From Candidatus Latescibacterota bacterium (GTDB taxonomy: Bacteria; Latescibacterota; UBA2968; GCA-2709665), in NCBI GenBank assembly GCA_965208835.1, contig OZ242358.1, positions 4,928,001-4,992,000 on the forward strand: DNA of 64,000 nucleotides, written 5' to 3'. Position numbers and translations under genes: made by a program. The notes under the pieces are model-generated. The model did no database searches. It saw nothing but the letters and a program-made list of their open reading frames with translations, and had not been told where the DNA came from. Shown one piece after another: positions 1-9,467 of the stretch (positions are counted from its first letter, which is position 1; the number at the start of each line of letters is the position of its first letter).

Positions 1-3000
1 GGCGCGCGGCGACGGCGAGCTTGCCGCCGGCAGGCGGTACGGCCGTGCGTCCGAACGATGCCGCCACGGTTGCGTAGTCGGAAAAGTCCACGACCCCGTC
101 GTCATTCACGTCGGCCTGCGGGTTGTAGGCCGCGTCGCCCCTCCGGGCGCCGAAGGCGCTCGCGAATGCGACGACGTCCTCGAAGTCAAGCTCGAGGGTG
201 CCGCCGCCGGACGGAAGCACGATGAGGTAAACCGGATCGCCCGCGGCGTCCACGAACTTCGCGCGGACGGAGATGTTGTCCACGGTGACCAATTGACCGG
301 GCGTGACGTTGTCGTCGTCAAACGCGTCGATGCGATAGGCCAGAGACGCCACGCTGTCCGGCAGGTGCTCGTCCGCGAACCCCGTGGAACCCGGAGGCAG
401 CGCGGCGATCTCCTCGAGGTCATCCGCTGTCGCGCCCCGCATCACCCTGTAGCCCTTCACACCCGGGACCGGAATGCTGTAACCCCGAAAGGGCCAGAAT
501 CCGACCGTCCGGTCATCGGCCGAAGCCGTCCACCGCAGTACCACACCGCCGGCGCCTTCGCCGCTGACGCCGGTAACCGGGGCGGGAGGAATATTGTCCA
601 CGGCGCCGGCCGGCGCCTCCGTAACCGTGCGGGCGGATACCAGCAGGCCGCCGCCCCCGGTGGACGTCCGGAGATGCTTCGGAACCGGGGCGCTGCCCGC
701 CAGTGCGCCCGCGTTGGGACGAACGGGAACAAAGACCAGGTCCCTCCGATCGCCGACGACGGACCCGGCGACGTCTTCGGGCGCGACGGACCCGTCCATC
801 GGTTCCTCGACCGACCGGACCGGTTCGTGCGGGATACCCAGCAGCCGTAGCGTCCGCTGTACGCTCTCCCTCGTAAAGACGCGCTTGCCGGGCGCGGCCG
901 CATCCGACCTGCCTCCGCCCCCCACGGACCTGACGCCCCAGCGGGTGGCCGCGTTGTCCAGCGCGGGGATCACGGCGCGCAGCAAGGCCCCTCCCGGGTC
1001 ACCGGTTTCACCGCCGCTGTCCGCGGCCGGGACGATGCTCGCCCAGTGCATCCACACTTTACCGGGCACTTCGCCGTGGACTTCGTTTCCTTCCTCATCG
1101 TACCCCTTGAGCGTCGTCTCGACTTCCCTTTCGATCAGATAGCGAATCACGGCGCCGTTCCGCGCGGGTTTCGGAAAGCCGATCAGCACCATGCCGCCCT
1201 GATCGCCCTGACCGTCCGCGCCAAGATAGTCCGCGACCACGATGTTCGCGGGCGCGGCCGGGGCGCCCGGCGCCGATCCGGGACCGCCCCCATGCGCGAA
1301 ACTCACCGTCACGCTGCCCGTCAGCGCGCCGGTCACGGCATCGCCGCCCGTACCGGTGACCAGGTCCCGGTCGACCGTGCGCACGGCGATCGTGGCGCTG
1401 CCTTCCAGATCGGCGGCCACCGCGCCGAAATCGGCGCCGCCAGCCGTTACTTCCTGCCGGCCGAAGGGCACGGTTACCGCGGCGTTGCTGGAAGCGAACG
1501 CAACGGCCACCGATTCATACGTCGCCGAATCGGGCGTTGGATCGATCTTCATACTCGGGTTGCCGAACTCGTCCGCGGGAACCACACGGACCGTAAACGC
1601 GCCGGAAACGGCGCCTGTAGCGTCGCGGCCCTCGATGGCCGTTACCACAAACCGGGACATTTCGGAGGCGCCGACGTGTACGAGGCCATCGAGCCACCCC
1701 GCCGTTGCCAGGGAGTCGGTGCCGGTGACCGGGTCGCTGAATCCCGCCTCGGCCATCACGGTGACGTTTCTGAGCGGTTTTGTCGATGTGAAACTGACGT
1801 CACGCCGGCCCGCGTTCCATCCGTCGCCGTCCAGAACGGCGGCTCTCGCCACCATGCCCGCGCCGGCCAGGTCGGCGGGGAGGGAATAGTCCGGCGCATC
1901 GGTTACGCCGGCCCCGCTGAAGCTCACGCCGGCGAGCGCGCGGGCCTGGTCTCCCGAAACGATGACCGCCAACGCCGCAACCCGATGATAGGTCACTGCG
2001 GGAACGTCGGTTTCCTCGTTGCGGGTCAGTGAGGTGTCCAGCGCGGTAATCCGCACCGAGAATTCCTGACCGGCAACCACGGAGTCCGCCTGATCCGGCG
2101 CGGCGGCGACCTTGAATACGTCGGCGTTCGGATTCAGGAAGCCCCTGGTGAACGTGAGCGTCCCGCCGTCGGTCACGCTGGCGTTGCCGGCGAGGTCGAT
2201 CGCCAGAATCTGCAGGTCGTACCGGGTCCGGTCCAGGAATCTCGTATCGTCCACCGGCCAGCTCGCAAGTACGCCGGTGGACTCCAGCCGGCGGTTGCCC
2301 GGGCCGAAACGCTGTACGACGGCCGCGCCGCCGCCGGTCTCGACGTAACGGATGGAAAGGGAATCCAACGCCTCGTCGATGGTGAAGACCGGATTTCGGG
2401 TGGCCAGGTTGATGGTGGGCTCGCCGCCGTTGTCCGCGTCTCTGGGCGCGGCGGCAGCGGATGGGAACAGCTCACCGATCACCGGCGCCTTCTCATCGTA
2501 CCAGATGCCCTTCAATTCCATCGAGGACATGTTCCCGAGGCTGTCCCAGACCTCGATCGTCAGGTCTGCCCGTTTCCCGCCGGCCCTGCCGTATTTCCAG
2601 GGAAGACCGAGCACGGCAGTGGAATCGCTGCCGGTTGGCGCCATACCCTCATCGGGTGCGCCTGCGTCATCGATAGCGACGCTGCCAATGCCGTGGGTGC
2701 TGTCTCCATGGGTGATCCTGATCGAGTCAGGAACTTCGCTGAGTTCAAACTCAAGCGGCTTCAACCTGCGGTTGGTTTGAACACCCTGTTCCTCGCCTGG
2801 CAGGGGTATATAACCCGAAAGCGTTTGCGTGACGGCCGCCGAGATCCGGTCATCCATGTTGTCCGGATGGGGGTGGACGATCGCAATCCGCGGCCGGGTC
2901 GCGTCCGCGATCCATTCCACACCGTTGGGATCGAAGACACCGGCCATTCCGTGCCCGGCACTGACGGGAGATGCGGTCGGAGCATCCATCGAAGTGCCGC

Positions 3001-3934
3001 CCAGGTTTCCGGCGGGATCCACGAGGTAGGCTTCGACGCGTACCCGCCGGTTATCGGCAAAATCGCCTTCCTCAAGTTCCTTCGAAGCCCGCAGGTTCGC
3101 GCTGTATAACCTGTCTCCGAGAATCTCAAAGGAAACCGGCGCCGTGGAAAACGCAGAGTCTTCCTCCACGATTCCCGCCCGAATGCCGTACGCTCCCGAA
3201 TTGATCACATGGCCGGTGTTGAGATCGAGTCTGATCCGGATTTCGTCTCCAATTCCGAACCTCACGCGTTCAATCAGCCCGGCCTCCGTGGTATCGACAC
3301 CCAGGTCTTCCGTTACAACGGAGAACGACGTGAACGCGCCCGTGTGGACCGGGCGATTGGCGTCGATGCCGAACCGCACCCCGTCGCCGACCCTGCTGGC
3401 GCCGAAACCCGAGGACGCGGGAGTGATCTTCCTGTCGTTCATCAGGTTGTTCAATTCGTTACCGGTCGTGATCGCGTCGAGGTCGACCACAACCTTCACC
3501 GCCCGGTTGTCTTTCGACCCAAAGGCTGCAGCTTGCGGGGATACGGTTATGGAAATACGGAACGTATCGACACCTGATGCCTCGCCGTCGCCAAACGTGA
3601 CGCCGTCCGGCGGATCAGCGGAATCGGGTATATATATATTGTAATAGATAAACCCATCGTCGTCGTCGGTCCCGCCGGGCGTGGCGCCGACGTCGTCGTC
3701 GTCGAGCGTTGCGTCAACCACCGAGACGCGGAAGCCGTGGTCGAGAATGCCATCGTACGTCAGAATGCGGATTTCGATCCGGTCGTCGATTCCAACCCAC
3801 GTACCGGCGGCAGGTTTGTCGACGCGAATTGCGATACCCTTCGTGTCCGCGACTTCCTGCGGCCACGCGACGCGGACAAAGCCAACAACCATCTGGAACG
3901 CCAGAACCGGACCCAGAACCCTGCGCAGCGCCAT
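1..3934 (-). CDS. Large secreted acidic protein (>1310 aa, C-terminus beyond window) with a dockerin-like double EF-hand motif near the window edge
   Basis: ATG at 3934 follows a GGAGG RBS. N-terminus MALRRVLGPVLAFQMVVGFVRVAWPQE is signal-peptide-like. No ORF-track entry ends in this frame, so it is open to the edge. Near 60-190 it reads LDFEDVVAFASAFGARRGDAAYNPQADVNDDGVVDFSDYATVAASFG. Confidence 0.85.
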   Translation of the reverse strand, partial: MALRRVLGPVLAFQMVVGFVRVAWPQEVADTKGIAIRVDKPAAGTWVGIDDRIEIRILTYDGILDHGFRVSVVDATLDDDDVGATPGGTDDDDGFIYYNIYIPDSADPPDGVTFGDGEASGVDTFRISITVSPQAAAFGSKDNRAVKVVVDLDAITTGNELNNLMNDRKITPASSGFGASRVGDGVRFGIDANRPVHTGAFTSFSVVTEDLGVDTTEAGLIERVRFGIGDEIRIRLDLNTGHVINSGAYGIRAGIVEEDSAFSTAPVSFEILGDRLYSANLRASKELEEGDFADNRRVRVEAYLVDPAGNLGGTSMDAPTASPVSAGHGMAGVFDPNGVEWIADATRPRIAIVHPHPDNMDDRISAAVTQTLSGYIPLPGEEQGVQTNRRLKPLEFELSEVPDSIRITHGDSTHGIGSVAIDDAGAPDEGMAPTGSDSTAVLGLPWKYGRAGGKRADLTIEVWDSLGNMSSMELKGIWYDEKAPVIGELFPSAAAAPRDADNGGEPTINLATRNPVFTIDEALDSLSIRYVETGGGAAVVQRFGPGNRRLESTGVLASWPVDDTRFLDRTRYDLQILAIDLAGNASVTDGGTLTFTRGFLNPNADVFKVAAAPDQADSVVAGQEFSVRITALDTSLTRNEETDVPAVTYHRVAALAVIVSGDQARALAGVSFSGAGVTDAPDYSLPADLAGAGMVARAAVLDGDGWNAGRRDVSFTSTKPLRNVTVMAEAGFSDPVTGTDSLATAGWLDGLVHVGASEMSRFVVTAIEGRDATGAVSGAFTVRVVPADEFGNPSMKIDPTPDSATYESVAVAFASSNAAVTVPFGRQEVTAGGADFGAVAADLEGSATIAVRTVDRDLVTGTGGDAVTGALTGSVTVSFAHGGGPGSAPGAPAAPANIVVADYLGADGQGDQGGMVLIGFPKPARNGAVIRYLIEREVETTLKGYDEEGNEVHGEVPGKVWMHWASIVPAADSGGETGDPGGALLRAVIPALDNAATRWGVRSVGGGGRSDAAAPGKRVFTRESVQRTLRLLGIPHEPVRSVEEPMDGSVAPEDVAGSVVGDRRDLVFVPVRPNAGALAGSAPVPKHLRTSTGGGGLLVSARTVTEAPAGAVDNIPPAPVTGVSGEGAGGVVLRWTASADDRTVGFWPFRGYSIPVPGVKGYRVMRGATADDLEEIAALPPGSTGFADEHLPDSVASLAYRIDAFDDDNVTPGQLVTVDNISVRAKFVDAAGDPVYLIVLPSGGGTLELDFEDVVAFASAFGARRGDAAYNPQADVNDDGVVDFSDYATVAASFGRTAVPPAGGKLAVAAR

Positions 3935-4299
3935 CGCCAACCTCCGTGTGAATCAGACCGTTCCCGTTAACCCGCCTTGCGGCGACCGAACCTCAGTCGG
4001 CGGCAAGTACGGCAAAATGCATGCCAGCGGATGGCGGAACGCCGGGACGGGTGACGCGGGAAGGATGACAACGTGAGTTGGGCGAGACGGGGATGCGGGA
4101 GACGTTGACGCCGCGGTTGCGGAAACCTGCGTCGACGCTGCGCTGGAAGGCGATATGGCGGGGAGTCGGGACAGAAACGCTGCGGCAGATACGAAAGATG
4201 CCTCAGCCATCAGGGAGATTCATGGCGTGAGGCATCGGGAGGCGAGATACGAAGGAGGATGGAACTTTTCGTTCAATTGGGTGAAAGAAAGAGGCTAAT

Positions 4300-4468
4300 G
4301 GCGGGCAGAGGTGAGAGGGGAGACGTTAGACGGGAGAGATTACCTGCCTTGAGAGGATACATTTCGTGCCGAAGGCAAGGAGGAAAAACATACCGGGCGA
4401 GGATTTCTTCTCCCGTCTCACCTCTCCCGTCTCCCCGCCTTTTTTCTACCGTCTTACCTCTACCCGCC
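4300..4468 (+). repeat. Heptamer-arm/hairpin-core intergenic element, copy 1 (core type A)
   Basis: Left arm ggcggg-cagagg-tgagagg-ggagacg-ttagacg, core attacctgccttg...tgccGAAggca...gggcgaggatttc, right arm cccgtct-cacctct-cccgtct...acccgcc. Confidence 0.9.
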
Positions 4469-4478
4469 TTTCGGCCGG

Positions 4479-4922
4479 CTATTCCTTCACAACCCACACC
4501 TTCACTGTGGCGCTGACGTCGGCGTGAAGCCGGATGGAGACGTCGTAGACGCCGAGAGCGCGGATGGGTTCCTCTAGCTCGATCAACCGCCGGTCGATCT
4601 CGAAGCCCTGCTCGACGAGATGCTCGGAAATGTGCTGCGTGGTCACGGAGCCGAAAATATGGTCTTCCTTGCCCACCGCAACCGGTATGGTGCAGGATGC
4701 CTTTTCGAGCTTCTTCGACAGCGCCACGGCGTCGCGCTGGGCGCGGTTGTGGCGGGCCTCCTTCTGGCGCTTGAGCTCCTCGTAGACCTTCATATTACCC
4801 CTGCTGGCGACGAGGGCCAGATTCCGGGGGAGGAGGAAGTTCCTGGCGTACCCGTCCTTCACGTCCACGACGGACCCGGCATCGCCCAGGTTGTCCAGTG
4901 TTTCGGTAAGAATGATTTTCAT
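4479..4922 (-). CDS. rplI: 50S ribosomal protein L9
   Basis: MKIILTETLDNLGDAGSVVDVKDGYARNFLLP and IFGSVT motifs; position after rpsF-rpsR. Confidence 0.98.
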   Translation of the reverse strand: MKIILTETLDNLGDAGSVVDVKDGYARNFLLPRNLALVASRGNMKVYEELKRQKEARHNRAQRDAVALSKKLEKASCTIPVAVGKEDHIFGSVTTQHISEHLVEQGFEIDRRLIELEEPIRALGVYDVSIRLHADVSATVKVWVVKE

Positions 4923-4980
4923 AGTGGTTCCCTTTCCATCTGCGCATTGGCCAAATGGCTGTTTGCGTTAGTAATTGAAA

Positions 4981-5010
4981 GAGGGTAGACGTAAGACGTA
5001 AGACGGGAGA
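4981..5010. repeat. Isolated heptamer arm downstream of the four-helix-bundle gene
   Basis: gagg-gtagacg-taagacg-taagacg-ggaga, the same heptamers as in the element arms. Confidence 0.85.
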
Positions 5011-5071
5011 TGATATGAGTGCCCTATCGGCTTAAAAGATGTAAAAACAATGGCTAAGTTATCCGCCTGGG

Positions 5072-5431
5072 TTAACGTGAAACTTTGCTAATCAATCCTG
5101 ACAGCAAACCAAACATTCGGTTCATTGTTTCTGTTATTGACTGAACGTCATCCTCCGAACACAATTGGAGGTTTAGTGCAATTTCAAGCTGAGTATCCAA
5201 CTCAACCAACGAACTCCTGGCTATTTCGAGAAATCTTCTACGTTCAGAATTCGAAGATCTCGCTGATCCTTCGGCGATGTTGGACGGTATTGAGACAGCA
5301 GATCGTCGCAACTGGCTGGTAATGCCAAAAAGCTCGGTGGAGGGGAATTCAGCGGTCAGGGTATAAATCTCGTTAACCAGATCAATGCTCTTTTGCCATA
5401 CTACAAGCTTCTTGTGGCTGAGTTCCATCAT
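5072..5431 (-). CDS. Four helix bundle protein (23S rRNA IVP family PF05635 / Avd-like)
   Basis: Family signature HKKLVVWQKS...FPSTELFGITSQLRRSAVSIPSNIAEG...FLEIARSSLVELDTQLEIA. GC is about 42-43% in two 60-nt lines counted, well below the flanking genes. Confidence 0.93.
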   Translation of the reverse strand: MMELSHKKLVVWQKSIDLVNEIYTLTAEFPSTELFGITSQLRRSAVSIPSNIAEGSARSSNSERRRFLEIARSSLVELDTQLEIALNLQLCSEDDVQSITETMNRMFGLLSGLISKVSR

Positions 5432-5502
5432 TGTGTCTTGGGTCTATCCTTTTTGACCCGCCACGGGACCAGGCAGCGAGGTTCTTTCTCCCAAGTCTTC
5501 CC

Positions 5503-5743
5503 GAGGTTAGACGAAAGACGTAAGAGGGGAGAAGACCACACCACACCCCACCTCCTGGTGAGACGTGAGCCGGGAGAGGGGGAAAAAACCGGGTAGACGG
5601 GAGACGTAAGACGGGAGAAGATGTCCTCGCCGGCTATCTTATCCCTCCTTGCCTCCGGCACGAAAAGAAGCCGCACAAGGCAGGAAATCTCTACCCTCTA
5701 CCGTCTTACCTCTTCCCGCCTTTCTTCTACCGTCTCACCGCCT
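5503..5743. repeat. Heptamer-arm element copy 2, with C-rich module; core inverted (on - strand, ~5617-5692)
   Basis: Reverse complement of ~5617-5692 reads agatttcctgccttgtgcggcttcttttcgtgccGGAggcaaggagggataagatagccggcgaggacatc. Right end abuts the rpsR stop codon. Confidence 0.9.
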
Positions 5744-5968
5744 TTACGACATGCTGTCCGTTGCAAAAGGCAACAGCGCGATCTGGCGGGCGCGTTTCAG
5801 GTGCCGGGTGAGGCTGCGCTGGTGCCGGGCGCACGTTCCCGATACGCGCCGGGGAATGATCTTTCCGCGGTCCGTGACGAACCGCTGCATCAGCCGTACG
5901 TCCTTATAGTCTATCGTCAACGCCTTGTCTTCGCAAAATCTGCAAACCTTCACCGTGGACCGGTTCAT
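5744..5968 (-). CDS. rpsR: 30S ribosomal protein S18
   Basis: CRFC...IDYKD...[15 protein letters not shown]...HQR...KRAR..ALLP. Confidence 0.98.
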   Translation of the reverse strand: MNRSTVKVCRFCEDKALTIDYKDVRLMQRFVTDRGKIIPRRVSGTCARHQRSLTRHLKRARQIALLPFATDSMS

Positions 5969-6354
5969 GCTCCCTCCTCGTTCTCGACGCCGCTTTCGTC
6001 TTCCTCTTCCTCTTCGCCGCCATCCGCTTCGTCATCCTCGACCTCTTCCGGTTCTTCCTCCACCGGGGTTTCGTCCAGAACCACCAGGTGCCGCAGTAGG
6101 GACTCATCCAGCTTGAGTACGCGGTCGATTTCGGGAAGGGCCTCCGGCGGAGCCTCGAACCGGACGAACGTATAGTCTCCGCGGTTCTGCTTGCCGATAT
6201 CGTAGGCAAGCTTGCGGTTGCCCCAGCGATCCACCTCCACCGAGCGGCCGCCGCCTTCGGAAACGAGGCGATCGAAGCGCGCGACGAGATCGTCGACCGT
6301 GCCATCGGGCGCCTGCGGGTTGACAATGAGCGTGAGTTCGTAACGTCTGGACAT
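5965..6354 (-). CDS. rpsF: 30S ribosomal protein S6 with acidic tail
   Basis: RRYEL..I..P, WG.RKLAY.I motifs; ATGA overlap with rpsR. Confidence 0.97.
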   Translation of the reverse strand: MSRRYELTLIVNPQAPDGTVDDLVARFDRLVSEGGGRSVEVDRWGNRKLAYDIGKQNRGDYTFVRFEAPPEALPEIDRVLKLDESLLRHLVVLDETPVEEEPEEVEDDEADGGEEEEEDESGVENEEGA

Positions 6355-6415
6355 GGAACCTCCCCCTGGACAAGTGGCCCGCGGGCAGCCCGACCGGGCG
6401 CGCGCGAGCGGGGTA
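6355..6415 (-). promoter_or_regulatory. Putative S6:S18 autoregulatory leader (rpsF leader)
   Basis: Minus strand reads ccccGCTC...GGGCCActtgtccagggGGAGGttccATG: a stem, a CCR motif, and a cccc able to pair with the SD region, as in known rpsF leaders. Confidence 0.65.
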
Positions 6416-6458
6416 ATTGGGAAAACAGCTATCAGTGGTCAGACAAAAGCGAAAAGGC

Positions 6459-6483
6459 GGGCGACCACAAGGGTCGCCCCTAC
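6459..6483 (-). repeat. GTAG-type REP palindrome
   Basis: gggcgacc-acaa-gggtcgccc-ctac (GTAG tag on - strand). Confidence 0.8.
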
Positions 6484-6504
6484 AAATACAATGTCGTTGC
6501 AGGA

Positions 6505-6564
6505 AGAAGTGATAGACGACAAAGTTACCGCCACTTCTTCTTTCTTCCTTTTTCCTTCTTCCTT
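6505..6564 (+). repeat. ~60-bp repeat with TTCTTCC heptamer tail (second copy at 12183)
   Basis: agaagtgatagacgacaaagttaccgccacttcttctttcttcctttttccttcttcctt is near-identical to 12183-12242. Confidence 0.85.
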
Positions 6565-6572
6565 TTGTTGAA

Positions 6573-8585
6573 TCAATCGATTAACAATGGCGCCAGAACC
6601 AGCGAGACAACGGACATGAGCTTGATCAATATGTTCAGCGAGGGGCCGGAGGTGTCCTTCAGCGGATCGCCCACGGTGTCGCCGACGACCGCGGCCTTGT
6701 GGGCGTCGGAGCCCTTGCCTCCGAAATTGCCCTCTTCGATGTGCTTCTTGCCGTTGTCCAGCACGCCGCCGCTGTTGGCCATCATCAGCGCCATGAGCAT
6801 GCCGCTCAACAGCGCCCCGGCCAGCATGCCGCCGAGCGCTTCCTTGCCGAGGATGAATCCGACCAGGACGGGCGTGAGCACGGCAACGATCCCGGGCGGC
6901 ACCATTTCCCGCAGGGCCGCGACCGTACTGATATCCACGCAGCGCCGTGTGTCGGGTTTGCCGGTGCCTTCCATCAATCCGGGGATCTCCCGGAACTGCC
7001 GGCGGACCTCTTCCACCATCCTGAATGCCGCCCGTCCCACCGAGGTCATGGTCTGCGCGGCCACGAGGAACGGGATGGAGCCGCCGATGAACAGGCCGAT
7101 TACCACCATCGGCGAGGTGAGGTTGATCACCTCCAGCTTCACGGTCGACGCATAGGCGGAGAACAGGGCCAGGGCCGTGAGGGCGGCCGAACCGATGGCG
7201 AAGCCCTTGCCGATGGCCGCCGTGGTATTGCCCAGCGCGTCCAGGCCGTCGGTAATCTTCCTGGTCTCCGGCCCGAGTTCGGCCATTTCGGAAATGCCGC
7301 CCGCGTTGTCCGCGATGGGCCCGTACGCGTCGACGGCCATGGTGATGCCCACGGTTGCCAGCATTCCCACGGCCGCGATGCCGATGCCGTATAGTCCGGC
7401 GAAGTGATAGGCGAACCCGATGGCGGCGCAGATGCACAGTACGGGCAGAAAGGTGCTCTGCATGCCGATGGCCAGGCCCGAGATGATATTGGTGGCGGGG
7501 CCGGTTTCAGACGATTCGGCCACTTTTCCTACCGGTGGGCCGCCGGTGTAGTATTCGGTGAGAAGGCCGATCAGAATGCCGGTGAGACCGCCCAGCAGGA
7601 TCGCCCAGAACACGCCCTCGGAGAGGCCCATGCCGTCCACCGCGAAATAGCTGCCGGCGAACATGACGCCCGCGGCCACGAAAGAAGCGTAGCGGAGGGC
7701 GGCCGCGGGACTGAAGCGCTGCAGGACCTGCATCGCCAGCACGCCGATCAGCGACGCCACCAGGCCGATGGTGGCCACGATGAGCGGCAGCTGCATGGCC
7801 GTCAGCTTCACGACCTCGACGTCAAATACGGAACTGCCGGCCAGCGTGGGTATCAGCGCCGGCGCCGCCGTGGCCGCAATGGCGATGGTCGCCACGATGG
7901 ATCCGACGTAAGACTCGAAGATGTCGGCCCCCATCCCGGCCACGTCGCCCACGTTGTCGCCCACGAAATCGGCGAGCGCCGCGGGGTTTCGCGGATCGTC
8001 CTCGGGAATGCCGGCCTCCACCTTGCCGACGAGATCGGCGCCCACGTCGGCCGTTTTGGTATAGATTCCGCCGCCCACGCGCGCAAAGAGGGCAATCGAA
8101 CTGGCGCCCATCGCGAACCCGTTGATGATCACCGCCTGTTCCGCGTTACCGTACAGAAGGAACAGCACGCCCACACCCAGCAGGCCCAGGCTGGCCACGG
8201 AGAGGCCCATCACCGTTCCGCCGGAAAACGCCACGCTCAGCGCGGTTGCCTGCCCCTCCTGGTTGGCGGCATACGCGGTGCGCACGTTGGCCTTGGTGGC
8301 TGCTTTCATCCCGAAAAAACCGGCGCATATCGAACAGATTGCGCCGGCCAGAAAGGCGAAGGCCGTGCTGAAGGGCCTGATGCCGATCGAAAGCAGGATG
8401 AATACCGCCACGACGAAGATCGCAAGCACGACGTATTCGCGCTTCAGAAACGCCATGGCGCCTTCGTGGATGGCATCCGAAATCTCCCGCATCCGGTCCG
8501 TACCGGCCGGTTTACGGGTAATCAGGATGTACACCAGGCCGGCGACCAGCAACCCGGCGATCCCAAATATTGGCGTCCAGAACAT
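6573..8585 (-). CDS. hppA: Membrane-bound pyrophosphatase, K+-dependent, probably Na+-translocating
   Basis: [25 protein letters not shown]..ADxVGDNVGD, [20 protein letters not shown] (Ala) indicates K+ dependence; DIFESY Glu is typical of Na+-PPases. Confidence 0.95.
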   Translation of the reverse strand: MFWTPIFGIAGLLVAGLVYILITRKPAGTDRMREISDAIHEGAMAFLKREYVVLAIFVVAVFILLSIGIRPFSTAFAFLAGAICSICAGFFGMKAATKANVRTAYAANQEGQATALSVAFSGGTVMGLSVASLGLLGVGVLFLLYGNAEQAVIINGFAMGASSIALFARVGGGIYTKTADVGADLVGKVEAGIPEDDPRNPAALADFVGDNVGDVAGMGADIFESYVGSIVATIAIAATAAPALIPTLAGSSVFDVEVVKLTAMQLPLIVATIGLVASLIGVLAMQVLQRFSPAAALRYASFVAAGVMFAGSYFAVDGMGLSEGVFWAILLGGLTGILIGLLTEYYTGGPPVGKVAESSETGPATNIISGLAIGMQSTFLPVLCICAAIGFAYHFAGLYGIGIAAVGMLATVGITMAVDAYGPIADNAGGISEMAELGPETRKITDGLDALGNTTAAIGKGFAIGSAALTALALFSAYASTVKLEVINLTSPMVVIGLFIGGSIPFLVAAQTMTSVGRAAFRMVEEVRRQFREIPGLMEGTGKPDTRRCVDISTVAALREMVPPGIVAVLTPVLVGFILGKEALGGMLAGALLSGMLMALMMANSGGVLDNGKKHIEEGNFGGKGSDAHKAAVVGDTVGDPLKDTSGPSLNILIKLMSVVSLVLAPLLID

Positions 8586-8601
8586 AAAACCCTCCAGAAA
8601 T

Positions 8602-8895
8602 CGGGGAGACGGAAGACGTTAGACGGGAGAGGATCCCACCCCGGCCCACCACCTGGTGAGACGTAAGCCGGGAGAGGTTAGAAAACCACACCCCGCCCCA
8701 CCACCTGGTGAGACGCAAGACGTGAGACGTTAGAGATTTCCTGCCCTGTGAGGTTTCCTCTCGTGCCGGAGGCAAGAAGGATTAGAATATAGGGCAAGGG
8801 CTTCTTCTCCCGTCTACCCTCTCACCTCTACCCGCATTTCTTCTACCGTCTACCCTCTTACCTCTACCCGCATTTTTTTTACCGTCTCCCCGCTT
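8602..8895 (+). repeat. Heptamer-arm element copy 3 (two C-rich modules, core type A)
   Basis: Fills the gap between the pth stop (8896) and the hppA RBS. Core atttcctgccctgtgagg...tgccGGAggca. Confidence 0.9.
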
Positions 8896-9453
8896 TTACG
8901 AATTGTACCTATTCATCGCCTCGTCGATTCCGCATTCCATCCAGCATTCCACGCCGCCGGCGGCTTCGCGGATCCCCGCGTCCACCGCGTCCCACTCATC
9001 GTCTTCGAACCGGCTGAGGACGTGTTCGACCCGGTCCGCGCCATCGGGCGGCGCGCCGATGCCCACTCGCAATCTGGGAAACGCCGCGGAACCTGCGAGG
9101 TCGATAATCGATCCCAGGCCATTGTGGCCCCCGTCGCTGCCCCGGCGCCGCAGCCGGATCCGGCCCAGATCCAGGTGAACGTCATCCGCAACCACCAGGA
9201 CGTCCCCGATATCGACGTCGAACCGATCCTGAACATCCGCAACCGCAACGCCGCTGCGATTCATGAAGGTAACGGGTTTCACCAGCAACAACGCGCCGGA
9301 TCCCTTCGCGATCCGGCAAAAAAAATACCAGGCGCCTTCCGACCAGGTTCCCTTCAGCCTTTCCGCCAGCAGATCCACCACCCGATAACCCAGGTTGTGG
9401 CGGGTATGAGCGTATTCGGAACCCGGGTTGCCCAGACCCACGACAACCTTCAC
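8896..9453 (-). CDS. pth: Peptidyl-tRNA hydrolase
   Basis: VVGLGNPG.EY..TRHN.G, KP.TFMN.SG, GGHNGL. GTG start at 9453 with GGAGG RBS; the ORF-track extension to 9570 is repeat-derived. Confidence 0.97.
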   Translation of the reverse strand: MKVVVGLGNPGSEYAHTRHNLGYRVVDLLAERLKGTWSEGAWYFFCRIAKGSGALLLVKPVTFMNRSGVAVADVQDRFDVDIGDVLVVADDVHLDLGRIRLRRRGSDGGHNGLGSIIDLAGSAAFPRLRVGIGAPPDGADRVEHVLSRFEDDEWDAVDAGIREAAGGVECWMECGIDEAMNRYNS

Positions 9454-9467
9454 GGAAAACCTCCAAA

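Noticed and set aside
4187-4253. Hairpin gatgcctcagccat...atggcgtgaggcatc flanked by agatacgaa direct repeats
   Set aside because: Single copy, no U-tract and no recognisable riboswitch motif, so it cannot be assigned.
5072-5431. Diversity-generating retroelement (Avd-like gene)
   Set aside because: No reverse transcriptase in the window, and I saw no template/variable repeat pair differing only at adenines.
5965-6065. Purine/pyrimidine low-complexity tracts in rpsF and rplY 3' ends as repeat arms
   Set aside because: They encode the acidic Glu/Asp tails (period 3, not 7) common in these proteins.
8602-8895. CRISPR array
   Set aside because: No constant repeat with unique equal-length spacers, and no cas genes.
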